Below the pieces are notes generated by a model. That model was not told where the DNA came from. It ran no database searches and saw nothing but the letters and a program-made list of their open reading frames with translations. The position numbers and the translations under genes are program-made. DNA of 64,000 nucleotides from Gemmatimonadales bacterium (lineage in GTDB: Bacteria; Gemmatimonadota; Gemmatimonadetes; Gemmatimonadales; GWC2-71-9), in the NCBI GenBank assembly GCA_041577295.1, contig JBFGJG010000010.1, positions 32,001 to 96,000 on the forward strand. The letters run 5' to 3'. Below, piece by piece: positions 17,560 to 27,649 of this stretch. Numbering within the stretch: position 1 is the stretch's first letter; each line of letters starts with the position of its first letter.

Positions 17560-19764
17560 CTACCGGCCGCCTACGCTGACAACGCCGACCGCGAAGCGCT
17601 GTGGGGGAAGCGGCCGGCCGGACGAATCCTGTCCCTGGACGTGAACGTGGTACAGACCGCCGGGGATGGGGTTACCGGTTGCGCTTCGCAGGTCCCACGT
17701 CACACGGGGTGCTTCAGCAGCTCGTAGCGCGCGGACGACCGTGCCATCGGGTTCGAGAATCCGTACCTGTGCGCCCGGCGGGACGTTCGAGATGGCGAGC
17801 GCCGGGACAGTTGCTGTAGTGCTCACCGACACCTGCACCGCATTCGGCCCACGATAGCGGACCGGCAATCTGGCGAGCGGCGATCCCGCCTCTCGGATCC
17901 CCACAATGGCGGTTCCGCTCGCGCGGATGAGAAAGAGCGGAGCCAGCGCCTCGGCGAGCGAGGGGTTGAGACGTACCGCCGACTCAAAGGCCTCCGACGC
18001 CTCGCGATGACGGCCCATTCCCGTCAGGAGCGTCCCGAGATTGAATGCCGCGACATGCAGGCTCGGCTGCTCCCGTAACGCCGCTCGATACGCATCCTCG
18101 GCCTCCGTCCGCCGCCCGAGAGCGTGGAGGAAGTGCGCGTAATCCGCGCGGACCCAGGCGAGTGCGGGCTGAAGCTCGAGCGCCTGTTGATAGAGGCTCG
18201 CGATTGTGTCCGTGTTGCGATTTGACGCTTCATATGCACGGGCGAGGGCGTGTACACGGTCCGGGTGACCGGGATTCAACCGGACTGCACGTTCGAGCAC
18301 CCGAATTGCGTCGTCATTCCGCCCCAGCTGACGGTAGGCCAAGCCAAGCAGGAAGTGTGGATCCCTGAGCGTCGTGTCCGCGGCGAGTGCACGGTCGAGC
18401 GCCTCTGCCGCCTCGTCCAGCAACAGGGAGTTGTCCGCCAACGTTGCGTAGACCACCTCACCCATCGCCTGATAGATGGCCCCGAGCGCCCCACGGCGGT
18501 CGCGTTCGAAGTACGGTTCGACGGGACGATCCGTGGTCCGACGGGTGATCTCAGGTTCCGGCGTATCGGCGACGATGCGGATCCAGTGGTCTGTGAACGA
18601 TCCGTGGGGAATGGTCCGTTCTTTGACCTGGGGCATGTGGCAGGTTACGCAATCCGCGGAGCGATGGTGGTCAGCGCGGGCAGCGGGTCCGTCCATGCGA
18701 CCGGCCAGTGCGTCGACGGGGTGACAGCTCTGGCAGGTGACGTTCTGCGTTGCTTGATCGGTAAGTGGGCCGTGCGGGTCATGGCACGTTGCACAATCCA
18801 ACGGACGGTTGCTGCTCCGGCTTCCGACAAAGCAGGCACTCTGTCGCAAGCGGTCGGCGTGTGAGACGACATCGATGCTGCCCGCCGGCTTGAAGAAAGC
18901 TATGTGATCCGCCAACCGCTGTGACGGCATATAGCCGAAGGCGTCCTCTCCTTCGCGCAGCACCGACACGGGGGTGTGTACGTGGCACTGCTCGCACACG
19001 TCGAGACGACGCTCGAAGGGTAGGTGCTTCGGATTGACAATGCTGCTGTCGTACGTGCTGTCGACGGTGGTGTCTGCCGATCGCTCGGTTACATGAAGGG
19101 CGCCGGGGCCGTGACAGCGCTCGCAGCCAATGCCTGGTGGAAGCATGGCATACTTCCCCTCCAAAAAAGGCAATGGCTGCGGATAGCTTCCATGACACGC
19201 GATACAGCGATCCGGCATGAGTCGATCGAACCGGGGATTGTTCAGCTCGTATCCCGGGCTGAAATCCCAGCCTTTCTGGCGGTACCATGTGAGTGGGAGC
19301 TGGAACAGACGACCGTTTTCCGCGGTGAAGTAGGTCCGTGCGATAGTACCGCTGCCCATTACGTAGTCGATACGCCGCCGCAGCTCGTGCAAGCGGGATC
19401 CACCCGGTCCGATGATGAACTCCTCCTGAAAGAGCTCACCACCCACCTCGACGACCGAATAGACAAACCCGCTAGGTGGGTGTGCGATCGGTTCATCGAG
19501 CGGCGCTTCGATGCGGCTCTCAGGCGTCCATTCATGGAAGGACTTCGCCATGGCGTGAGCTTGGTACGCGGACGCCGCCGATTCATGGCAGTTGGTACAG
19601 GCATCATCACCCACGTACGCGGTTGGCATTTCGACGTTGCGAAAGAGCAGCGAAGGCTCCTCAGGAAGCGCCGCGGGCGCTCTGGTCGTCGACGTGCGCT
19701 CGCACGCGACAAGGAACATCGCCGTCCAAATGACCAGGAGTGACCGGGCGTACGTAACCCTCAT
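17560..19764 (-). CDS. Hepta-heme cytochrome c / TPR lipoprotein with C-terminal FlgD-Ig-like domain
   Basis: Seven CxxCH motifs (CTNCH, CIACH, CERCH, CEQCH, CATCH, CQSCH, CVTCH), lipobox FLVAC, TPR helices, tail 'DGTVVRAL...VTWDLRSATGNPIPGGLY'. Confidence 0.88.
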   Translation of the reverse strand: MRVTYARSLLVIWTAMFLVACERTSTTRAPAALPEEPSLLFRNVEMPTAYVGDDACTNCHESAASAYQAHAMAKSFHEWTPESRIEAPLDEPIAHPPSGFVYSVVEVGGELFQEEFIIGPGGSRLHELRRRIDYVMGSGTIARTYFTAENGRLFQLPLTWYRQKGWDFSPGYELNNPRFDRLMPDRCIACHGSYPQPLPFLEGKYAMLPPGIGCERCHGPGALHVTERSADTTVDSTYDSSIVNPKHLPFERRLDVCEQCHVHTPVSVLREGEDAFGYMPSQRLADHIAFFKPAGSIDVVSHADRLRQSACFVGSRSSNRPLDCATCHDPHGPLTDQATQNVTCQSCHPVDALAGRMDGPAARADHHRSADCVTCHMPQVKERTIPHGSFTDHWIRIVADTPEPEITRRTTDRPVEPYFERDRRGALGAIYQAMGEVVYATLADNSLLLDEAAEALDRALAADTTLRDPHFLLGLAYRQLGRNDDAIRVLERAVRLNPGHPDRVHALARAYEASNRNTDTIASLYQQALELQPALAWVRADYAHFLHALGRRTEAEDAYRAALREQPSLHVAAFNLGTLLTGMGRHREASEAFESAVRLNPSLAEALAPLFLIRASGTAIVGIREAGSPLARLPVRYRGPNAVQVSVSTTATVPALAISNVPPGAQVRILEPDGTVVRALRAAEAPRVTWDLRSATGNPIPGGLYHVHVQGQDSSGRPLPPQRFAVGVVSVGGR

Positions 19765-19777
19765 GGCACCGTCCGCA

Positions 19778-20929
19778 TTAGCCAGTGTAGCGAATTCTGT
19801 AGATCCGTCCCTGGAAGATGTCGCTCAGGTAAATGCTGCCGTCGGGTCCCTCGGTAATGTCGAGTGGGTTGCCGAAGCCGGCGAAGTCGTAGACGGCAAA
19901 ATCTTGAAATACTGGGGGCGCCGAGCTGAGATCGACCATCTGGACACGTTTGGCCCGATCGCTCGGTCCCTGAGTAAAGGTGAAGCCAAAGAGCACCAGC
20001 AATAACTTGCCGCGATACGCTGCCGGAAACTGGGTTCCCCGGTAGACGATCATCCCGCCTGGCGCGACGATCTGTGTCCACACGTGGAGCGGCGTTACGA
20101 ACTCCGGCATCGACGTGTAACCGAGCCGCATCGGCCATCCGTAATTGCCACCCTCTTGGATCTGGTTCAGCTCGTCGCTATGATCGGGTCCGTTGTCGGT
20201 GGAGTACAGGTTTCCAGCTTCGTCAAATACCAGGTCGAAGCCGTTGCGCATGCCATACGCATACGTGTACGAGTTGGCGAATGGATTGTCGGCCGGTATG
20301 CTGCCGTCCGGATTCATTCGGAGAATCTTTCCAAGAAACGTGTCGGTGTCCTGGACCTGGTCCTCCATGAACGCATCACCCGTCGATACATAGAGCTTGT
20401 CATCCGGCCCAAAGGCCAAACTCTCGATCTGATGGCCGGGGGCGCTTGGAATTCCTTCTAGCAAAACGGTGAGATCCTCTCCGCGATTGTTAACGTCTGT
20501 CAGTCGCGCGACGCTGCCAAAGGTGCCCGAGTCGGTTCGCGTCGCATACGTGAAGTAGACGTACCGATTGGTGGCGTACTCCGGATCGAACGCGATCCCC
20601 AACAGACCGTTCTCACCGTCCACGGGAAATCCGCCCGTGGTATTGGTCAGAACCTGAACGAAGGGCTCGGCGAGCCGAGCGCCGTCGACCACGATCCAGA
20701 CGGTACCCGATTGTAATTCGTTCACGAATAGACGGTCCGATCCATCGGGTGGGAAGGCGATCGAGGTTGGAAGGTCGAATCCACTTGTGTAGATCTCCGC
20801 CAAGAAGCCTTGCGGCACAGTGATGCGTAACGGCCGAGGGGGAAGGGTGGGCACTTCATCCATTCCGTTACAGGCCATTCCGGCGAACGCAAAGGCTGCG
20901 AGGAAGGCGCTCTTCAAATAAGTCATCAT
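19778..20929 (-). CDS. PQQ-dependent glucose/sorbosone dehydrogenase family lipoprotein
   Basis: 'GENGLLGIAFDP', 'FGPDDKLYVSTGD', 'GKILRMNPDGSIPADNPF', 'YGMRN', 'DELN...GGNYGWP'; lipobox AGMAC. Confidence 0.9.
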   Translation of the reverse strand: MMTYLKSAFLAAFAFAGMACNGMDEVPTLPPRPLRITVPQGFLAEIYTSGFDLPTSIAFPPDGSDRLFVNELQSGTVWIVVDGARLAEPFVQVLTNTTGGFPVDGENGLLGIAFDPEYATNRYVYFTYATRTDSGTFGSVARLTDVNNRGEDLTVLLEGIPSAPGHQIESLAFGPDDKLYVSTGDAFMEDQVQDTDTFLGKILRMNPDGSIPADNPFANSYTYAYGMRNGFDLVFDEAGNLYSTDNGPDHSDELNQIQEGGNYGWPMRLGYTSMPEFVTPLHVWTQIVAPGGMIVYRGTQFPAAYRGKLLLVLFGFTFTQGPSDRAKRVQMVDLSSAPPVFQDFAVYDFAGFGNPLDITEGPDGSIYLSDIFQGRIYRIRYTG

Positions 20930-21051
20930 TCCGTGGAATCTCTCAAGTTCCATGAAATTACCGGTCGTGCGCCGAGAGGCCAACGGAGGGGTGGCTGCAC
21001 GTGTCCGTTGCTGTGACCGATACTGAGTTGCGAGGCAACGGCGGGGGAGCG

Positions 21052-22983
21052 CTACAGGTCTCCCGCAAGGGTGAGGTGTCTGAGCTTTGGTGTCTTTTTC
21101 TCCTGGTGTTCTTGCATCCGCCGGAGGATGTGGTGGAGGAGGCGCACTGCCCGTGTGACATACGGTCCCTTATTGAGCATCACACATTCCGCTCGCTCGG
21201 CCATGGCGGCGTCGGTAATCTCCGCACGGGACGGCACTCCCCTTCGGGCGAGCGTCTCGAGAACCTGGGTTGCCCAGATGACCGGAACGTGAGCCGCTTC
21301 GCAAAACCAGAGGATCTCTTCCTGGGCCTCGGCCAGCCGCTCCCATCCACACTCGATGGCCAGATCGCCCCGTGCGATCATCACGCCAATTGGGTGTGTC
21401 CGCATGGCCGCCAGCAAGAGCCTGGGAAGACGCTGTAAGCCGCTCCGCGTTTCGATCTTCAGGATGATCGCCATGTCTTCACGGCCTCGCTTCCGAACCT
21501 CGTCTTGGAGCCGTATCACGTCGGCGGGCTCGTTTACGAACGAAACGCCGAGACCATCGGCATGCTCTACCACGACGTCGAGATCCGCCAGGTCCTTATG
21601 GGTGAGGTGCCCACGTAGCACGGCATCGGGAAAGTTGATCCCCTTATCGCCGCGAAGCCTGCTCCCACCGGGCCTGGCCAAGGTGATTTCCACGTGCACC
21701 TCGTGATCGTTGGCCGACCGCACGATGCCATGGATCTTGCCATCATCGAACGCCGCCGGATGCTCGGGGGCCAGTTGCTGGAAGATGTCGGGATAGGTGC
21801 ACGAGATGTGAGCGGGAGCCAGCACGGTGCCGTCCGCTGCGCGGACGGCTGGCGCTCCGGGCGCAGGGTCGGCGTGCAGCACGAGTGTGTCTCCCTCGAA
21901 CAACACGATCGGGACCTCGGCCGGCGGAAGCTCTCCAATTCTGGTCGTGTGTCCGGGGCCGTTACGCTCCATCAACCGGAGTTCGATTCCCGTCTCGACA
22001 TAGGCTGTTTTCCGCGATTCACCCCAAAACCCATCGTTGACCGTTGCCACGACCTTGACTTTGCGGTGCGAGCCACGGGCGTCGAGAAACTCAATGGCGT
22101 CGCCCGTGTGAACATGTGAGACCCAGTCGGACGTAACGGGAACGACCGCATCGGCGGGCACATCGCCAGGTGGGGCGACACCGGGAGGCGCGAACCAGAT
22201 CCGGGCCGGTGATTGGACCTGTCCACGGACATCTCGCTTGGGACGCCACCTCATAACTCGCGGTCCGGGCTCCACCGGACCGGTCCTCACCTTCGCACCG
22301 GCGAGGTCCATGAAGATCTTGCAGCTATAGCCTGTTTCCGCTGTGGCTCGCTCGATGTGCTCGACCATACGAGTCCACGCCGCCTGGTCATCGTGCGCGC
22401 AGTTGATGCGGGCGCAGTTCATACCGGCCGTGACCAGGTCTCGCACCAATCGATAGTCGCGCGCGGCTTCCGTCGGCAACGTCACCATGATTCGGACGCT
22501 TCGGCCCTTTGGTGCCTCGCCCAGCAGTGCGAGCGTGTTCGCCTTCAGCAGCGCAGCACCCTCATAATAGGTGACGGCCGGATCGGGCTGCAGATCGTCG
22601 GTCGGGCGCTGTCCCGCCGCCCGTTCCAGCGCGCGGCGCACCGCGTAGACGGTTGCCAGGGCGTGTGCTTCGGAACGACCCAACGATGAGAGGCCAAGCG
22701 CACCGAGTCGGCGCTGGATGCCGCGGAGGTCGAAATGACGGAGTGCGAGGTACTGCAGGAGGTTCCGCGCCGACTTTTGGAACGCCGGCGAGACTTCAGC
22801 GAGCGTGTCAGCGAACTCGTCTTCGAGCGTCGCCGCTTGGTCTCTGACGCCGTCGAGGTGCTCGATGAGCTCCTTCAGCGTCTCTTGATCGACGTCGTGA
22901 TGGGGAGGACTCCGCACGGAAAGCTCCCGGAGGGCTTTGAGCGGTTGAGATAAGAAACCCCACGATTCGCCTGTCTTTGGCAT
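21052..22983 (-). CDS. pyk: Pyruvate kinase (long form)
   Basis: 'AGMNCARINCAH', 'MDLAGAKVRTG', 'KGINFP', 'LKIET', 'MIARGDL', 'ATQVLE...PSRAEITD', 'VML'. Confidence 0.9.
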   Translation of the reverse strand: MPKTGESWGFLSQPLKALRELSVRSPPHHDVDQETLKELIEHLDGVRDQAATLEDEFADTLAEVSPAFQKSARNLLQYLALRHFDLRGIQRRLGALGLSSLGRSEAHALATVYAVRRALERAAGQRPTDDLQPDPAVTYYEGAALLKANTLALLGEAPKGRSVRIMVTLPTEAARDYRLVRDLVTAGMNCARINCAHDDQAAWTRMVEHIERATAETGYSCKIFMDLAGAKVRTGPVEPGPRVMRWRPKRDVRGQVQSPARIWFAPPGVAPPGDVPADAVVPVTSDWVSHVHTGDAIEFLDARGSHRKVKVVATVNDGFWGESRKTAYVETGIELRLMERNGPGHTTRIGELPPAEVPIVLFEGDTLVLHADPAPGAPAVRAADGTVLAPAHISCTYPDIFQQLAPEHPAAFDDGKIHGIVRSANDHEVHVEITLARPGGSRLRGDKGINFPDAVLRGHLTHKDLADLDVVVEHADGLGVSFVNEPADVIRLQDEVRKRGREDMAIILKIETRSGLQRLPRLLLAAMRTHPIGVMIARGDLAIECGWERLAEAQEEILWFCEAAHVPVIWATQVLETLARRGVPSRAEITDAAMAERAECVMLNKGPYVTRAVRLLHHILRRMQEHQEKKTPKLRHLTLAGDL

Positions 22984-23252
22984 GATTCAACCTGTACACA
23001 AACCATGGGCCATCGAGCGTGAAGGATAGGATGAAGTTTATTTGAACGTTCCTTACCGGCACTCGAATACCAGCTGGTCTCATTCGGGTAAGTTCTGAGA
23101 CAGTGTCTCTGTCGCCTCCGTGTTTCCCCAGCAGGGATCCACAGGTATGGTTGCAGTTGAGGGTGCCGAGGGGAACGGAGAGGTCACGCGGGCAGAAAAT
23201 GGTTGCACGGCGAGGCCGATCGATAGCGAAAATGAGCTGCTTGGGGGAGTTA

Positions 23253-25745
23253 TCACGGTGGAGGCGGCGCCGGCAGCTGGTCCAGCACAAAGCGCACGGC
23301 TAGATCGGTCACGTTCCACAGCTGGATGTCCGAGCTGGTCCCGTAGCGCACGGGCCGCAAAACGCCGTTGTCGATCCGGTAACTCCACAGCTCGTTATGG
23401 CGCAGTCCAGAAGCCTCGACGGCCTCCAGGGTGGCCTCGAGAAGATCCCACAGCGTTCTCACATACGTTCGCGGGGCTTCACTGTCGTCTCGCAGCCGTC
23501 CCGATGCGTCGTACGCCGCGGCAATCTGACGCCCAAGGCCGAGAAACAGGAGATTGACCTCGCGGCCCCACACCACGCGCGGTGAATGATACAGGTCGTC
23601 GCGAAACTGCTGCTGGACCGTTGCGCTGGCGTACACGTCGTTCACGACGAGGGGTCCGAGGCCGTCAACCAAGAGGCCCACCGGATACGGCCGGCCAATG
23701 ACGTCGACCATCCGGAGCACCGTAGCCGTCTCGACCGTTCCATTCAGAATCAGGTCGGTGTAATCCTCCAGAAAGAGATCGGTCGCCGGGTCGGTGTTAG
23801 TCGCTGGGATCGGTCGACCTTCGTTATCGAGTGCGACTGCGAGGACCCACAACGGCGTTTGCGCGGCACCGTCTTGCTCGAATCGGGTTCGCCAATAGCT
23901 GCGTCCGCGTTCACCCATGGCTTCCAACGCCTTCGCCACGTGCTCGCGGATGACGTCCGGTGTGAAGCGCACCTCGAAGTGACGGCGTGCGCCGCGCCAC
24001 GTGGTGATCGCCGACTGCAGGGTGGCTGGATCGTCGAGGTATCGAACGAGTGCCGCAGGGTTCGCTGGCACCCGTGATACCGCGCTGCGGGTTGGCAGGT
24101 CGAGCTCCTCGAGTTTCTGAAGGATGCGCTGTGTCGCCTCCAACGCCTTGGGAACCCAGACGGCGTTGACGTCCATGGCAAACCGGCCGTTCCCGTACCC
24201 AACGCGACTGTCACGCCAGCTCCCGGGGAGCCAGCCTTTGTCGTCGCGGTGGAGGAAGCCAACCAGGTTGGTCGCTGTTGGCTCTTCGACATAGGGGCGG
24301 GAAAGCGCAGCTACGAGTGCGAGGTTCCGCATGAGCGCGTCGACCCGCGGCAAGCCATTCGCCCCGGTCTCGCTGAGGAAGCGCCGCTTCCTGGAAGCCG
24401 GTGCATCGACACGCGCGAGGTATCGGTCGACGAGCACCGCGAGCTGAAAGTCATCGTCGATCATGTGATAGTTCTCTCGCACCGCTTGCAGGTTTGCCAG
24501 TAGGTCACGCGCAGCGGCGAGGTGCTCTCTGGCGGCGGCCTCGTCGCTCTCGCGGGCCTCCTCCCACGCGCGTATGTGCGCACTGTACTCAGCGGCGTTC
24601 TCGCGAATTGCCTGGCCGCCCAGCGCCTCCTCATGGCTCACGTCACCTGACGGCGCCACCTTCCCGAGCACGCTGGCGATCACATGCTCCTGCAGGTCCA
24701 CCGACGAAATCGGTTCGAGCATGAGCGCCGCCATCATCATGTCGCGACCAAAGTAGGTCGCGTAGTTGGGCATCGATGCCATGAGCTTCTCCTCGAAGCT
24801 CAACAGCTCGAGACCGCGGATCTCCCGTTCGAGACGCCGAAAGGAGGCCACGCGCGAGTCCAGCGTAGGCGGGGACGAAGACAACGTGCGCACGCTATCT
24901 GCAATCCGCTTCTGACGTTGGTAGAACGCGTCGAACGCCGAGTTGAATATCTCGGCACGGTCGAGCGGTGTCAGCACTGGAGCGTCCGTCGTTACGGTGA
25001 TGTCGAACTGGATTCCACCACCGGAGCGAGCGCGGATCGAGAGGACCCCATTCGTGACGCTGGCCGTCGTCTCCCGCGTATCGCCCCGCAGTTCGAGCGT
25101 CATCTCGTTCCGGCCGTCCAGAGTCCTCTGCTGGACCGAGGCGATCCAGCCAAGCGCCTCACGGGTCATGGACACGTGGGGATGCACCCGCGAGCGCAGC
25201 TCGGCCACGTCGGTGGCGTTCAACAGAGCCAGATGACGTTGCCGCTCCGCCGGACGGACTCGTTCCAAGTCATCGATGAGATCCGTCAGCTCCTTCAGGG
25301 AGAACGCCTCGTCGCCGTAAGGACGCTTGTGCCATTGCCAATACTGGAAATCGCGTTCCTGACGCATCGTGCCCAGCACGAACCAACCGATCTCGAGTGC
25401 ATCCAAGGGGGACTCGAGCCGGTGGCGCATGGCGCGGCGGCGGCCATCGAAATGGGGTGCCGCACCGGGTCCACCCCACGCCAACGGTGCTGGCTCGCCC
25501 GACGGCCCGCGTACGGTAAACGCCGCGCTGGCGTTCGAGGCGTCTGCCCACACATGCACCACGCGCCCACTCCGAGTGTCCAGATAGACTTGAAAGGGGT
25601 TGCGATGCGAGTCTCGAAAGAAGCGAGTCGAGTACCCCTCATACGCCGCGGGATCGTCCAATTCCGGCTCGGGGAACTCGAGAATCGGTGTCTGTACGAC
25701 TTGAAAAAGAGCCTGTGTTACAATGAGCGATGCGAGCACATGCAT
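23253..25745 (-). CDS. Uncharacterised glycoside hydrolase-like protein, probable (alpha/alpha)6 barrel (debranching-enzyme-like)
   Basis: 'YATYFGRD', 'VSHEEALG', 'YHMIDDDF', 'GSWRDS', 'ELWSY', 'IQLW'; lies among alpha-glucan genes. Start set at ATG 25745. Confidence 0.6.
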   Translation of the reverse strand: MHVLASLIVTQALFQVVQTPILEFPEPELDDPAAYEGYSTRFFRDSHRNPFQVYLDTRSGRVVHVWADASNASAAFTVRGPSGEPAPLAWGGPGAAPHFDGRRRAMRHRLESPLDALEIGWFVLGTMRQERDFQYWQWHKRPYGDEAFSLKELTDLIDDLERVRPAERQRHLALLNATDVAELRSRVHPHVSMTREALGWIASVQQRTLDGRNEMTLELRGDTRETTASVTNGVLSIRARSGGGIQFDITVTTDAPVLTPLDRAEIFNSAFDAFYQRQKRIADSVRTLSSSPPTLDSRVASFRRLEREIRGLELLSFEEKLMASMPNYATYFGRDMMMAALMLEPISSVDLQEHVIASVLGKVAPSGDVSHEEALGGQAIRENAAEYSAHIRAWEEARESDEAAAREHLAAARDLLANLQAVRENYHMIDDDFQLAVLVDRYLARVDAPASRKRRFLSETGANGLPRVDALMRNLALVAALSRPYVEEPTATNLVGFLHRDDKGWLPGSWRDSRVGYGNGRFAMDVNAVWVPKALEATQRILQKLEELDLPTRSAVSRVPANPAALVRYLDDPATLQSAITTWRGARRHFEVRFTPDVIREHVAKALEAMGERGRSYWRTRFEQDGAAQTPLWVLAVALDNEGRPIPATNTDPATDLFLEDYTDLILNGTVETATVLRMVDVIGRPYPVGLLVDGLGPLVVNDVYASATVQQQFRDDLYHSPRVVWGREVNLLFLGLGRQIAAAYDASGRLRDDSEAPRTYVRTLWDLLEATLEAVEASGLRHNELWSYRIDNGVLRPVRYGTSSDIQLWNVTDLAVRFVLDQLPAPPPP

Positions 25746-25950
25746 TCGCCGAAACCGTCCTGAGTTGTGCAAAAGGTAAGATGAGTGCCAATAATGTACC
25801 TGGCAGTTCAGACCTCCGCGACACATTGCCTCCCGAAGCGTTGGGGTCCACCAGCCTTCTCCAATGTTCCGGTTCAAGATTCTTGTCGGCGAAGGGCACC
25901 GAGACTACGTTGTTCGCCTCACACTCCATGATCGAGCTGAGGTTTCCTAG

Positions 25951-27591
25951 ATGCGGATGCACCACATTGTTGTCAGCGCGTTGGGCACGACGATCCTCTG
26001 GCCAGCCACCCGGAGTGCCGCACAAGAGTCTTCCAGCACTACGGCTGCCGACTGGACGCGCGGGGCCGTGTGTTACGAGATCTTTGTCCGCTCTTTTGCA
26101 GACAGTGACGGCGATGGCGTAGGCGACCTGCGAGGGCTGATACAGAGGCTCAACTACATCAATGACGGCGATCCGGACACGCAACGCGATCTGGGCGCAC
26201 GCTGCATCTGGCTGATGCCCGTGGCACAGTCGCCGAGCTATCACGGTTACGATGTCATCGACTACTACCGCATTGAGCGTGACTACGGCACCAACGACGA
26301 CTTCAAGCTTCTGGTTTTCGAAGCGCACAAACGAGGCATTCGAGTGCTCGTGGACCTCGTGCTCAATCACGCATCGAGCGAACATCCGTACTTCAAGGAC
26401 GCGTTGCTCAACCCCAACTCTCCGTACCGCGAGTGGTTCTTGTGGTCACCGACCGATCCGGGGACTCAGGGCCCGTGGGGTCAGCAGGTTTGGCACCGAT
26501 CCCATGTCCGCGATGAGTACTACTACGGGATTTTTTGGGGTGGTATGCCGGACTTGAACTACGACTCGCCAGCCGTTCGGGAGGAAGCGAAGAGAATCGC
26601 CACCTTCTGGCTTGACGAGCTCGGTGCCGACGGGTTCCGGCTCGATGCCGTCAAGCATCTGGCAGAGGAAGATTACGGTCGCATTGCCGAACACGTTCCC
26701 GCGACCCACAACTTCCTCCGCGAGTTCGCCACGCATGTGCAACGTACCGAACCGGACGCGTTCACGATTGGCGAGGTGTGGGATAGCATCGGTGCCATGT
26801 TGCGGTACTATCCGGATCAGTTAGACGGCTACTTTGCCTTCGAAGCCTCCGAAGCGATCATGGAGTCCGTACGCGCTGGCTCGGCGACGAGGCTACTGGA
26901 CCCATTCCTACGGCTGCAACGCGAGCTGCCGGCTCACCGCTGGTCACCGTTTCTCCGCAATCACGATCAGACCCGAACAGTCACCGCGCTCGGCGGCGAC
27001 ATCGCAGGTGCGAGGGTCGCGGCCACGCTGTTGCTCACGTTACCGGGTCTGCCCTTCGTGTACTACGGTGAGGAGATCGGGATGAGCGGAGACAAACCGG
27101 ATCCGCGGCTTCGTACGCCGATGCATTGGCGCCGGCAGCCGGGCGTGGGTTTCACCGAGGGGCTGGCGTGGGAGCCCCTCCAACCGGACTCGTTCACCGC
27201 AAACGTCGCAGCCCAGGACGATGATCCCGCGTCGCTGCTCAACCTCCATCGCCGGTTGATCCATCTCCGCAGTGCCCACCCCGCTCTTGGCACGGGCGAG
27301 CTGATTCCGCTCAGAGCCACTCATGATGCGGTAGCGGCGTATCTCCGGCGAGACAACGACCGAACAGTCCTGGTGGTCGCCAACCTGGGTACGGCAGCGC
27401 TAACGAACGTCGCGGTGTCTTCGGAGCCGCGCGCCGTGACTGCTGGGGAGTACAACGTGCGAGGCCTCCTCGATAATTCGCGCGGTCCATCGCTGCGAGT
27501 AACGAGGAACGGGCGTATCGAAAACTACGTTCCAGCGCCCTCGCTCCCCCCCCTCGAGGTCCTGCTGTTGGATCTAGTACCCGGGAGATAG
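25951..27591 (+). CDS. Exported GH13 alpha-amylase family enzyme
   Basis: Signal peptide, 'YEIFVRSF', 'SPSYHGYD', 'DGFRLDAVKH', 'GEVW', 'NHDQTR', 'YYGEEIG'. Confidence 0.93.
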   Translation: MRMHHIVVSALGTTILWPATRSAAQESSSTTAADWTRGAVCYEIFVRSFADSDGDGVGDLRGLIQRLNYINDGDPDTQRDLGARCIWLMPVAQSPSYHGYDVIDYYRIERDYGTNDDFKLLVFEAHKRGIRVLVDLVLNHASSEHPYFKDALLNPNSPYREWFLWSPTDPGTQGPWGQQVWHRSHVRDEYYYGIFWGGMPDLNYDSPAVREEAKRIATFWLDELGADGFRLDAVKHLAEEDYGRIAEHVPATHNFLREFATHVQRTEPDAFTIGEVWDSIGAMLRYYPDQLDGYFAFEASEAIMESVRAGSATRLLDPFLRLQRELPAHRWSPFLRNHDQTRTVTALGGDIAGARVAATLLLTLPGLPFVYYGEEIGMSGDKPDPRLRTPMHWRRQPGVGFTEGLAWEPLQPDSFTANVAAQDDDPASLLNLHRRLIHLRSAHPALGTGELIPLRATHDAVAAYLRRDNDRTVLVVANLGTAALTNVAVSSEPRAVTAGEYNVRGLLDNSRGPSLRVTRNGRIENYVPAPSLPPLEVLLLDLVPGR

Positions 27592-27592
27592 C

Positions 27593-27610
27593 GCCACGGA
27601 GCACACAGAG
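27593..27610 (+). repeat. Dispersed 18-bp repeat, copy 2 (GCCACGGAGCACACAGAG)
   Basis: Between convergent genes; followed by a third degenerate unit GGGACGGAAG. Confidence 0.6.
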
Positions 27611-27649
27611 GGGACGGAAGGGCGAGCGGGGTTACGGGGGTAGAGCCCC

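Noticed and set aside
16981..17644. 188-aa and 145-aa ORFs as real genes
   Set aside because: They are chimeric readings across the deleted and frameshifted dehydrogenase remnant.
22983..23010. TGTACA upstream of pyk as a second CarH-like site
   Set aside because: No further TnnACA boxes at 11-bp spacing.
24684..25763. 359-aa plus-strand ORF (and similar long antisense ORFs such as 2950-4056, 42498-43487, 45438-46361, 62385-63410)
   Set aside because: Fully antisense to well-supported genes, with no motifs; expected in high-GC DNA.
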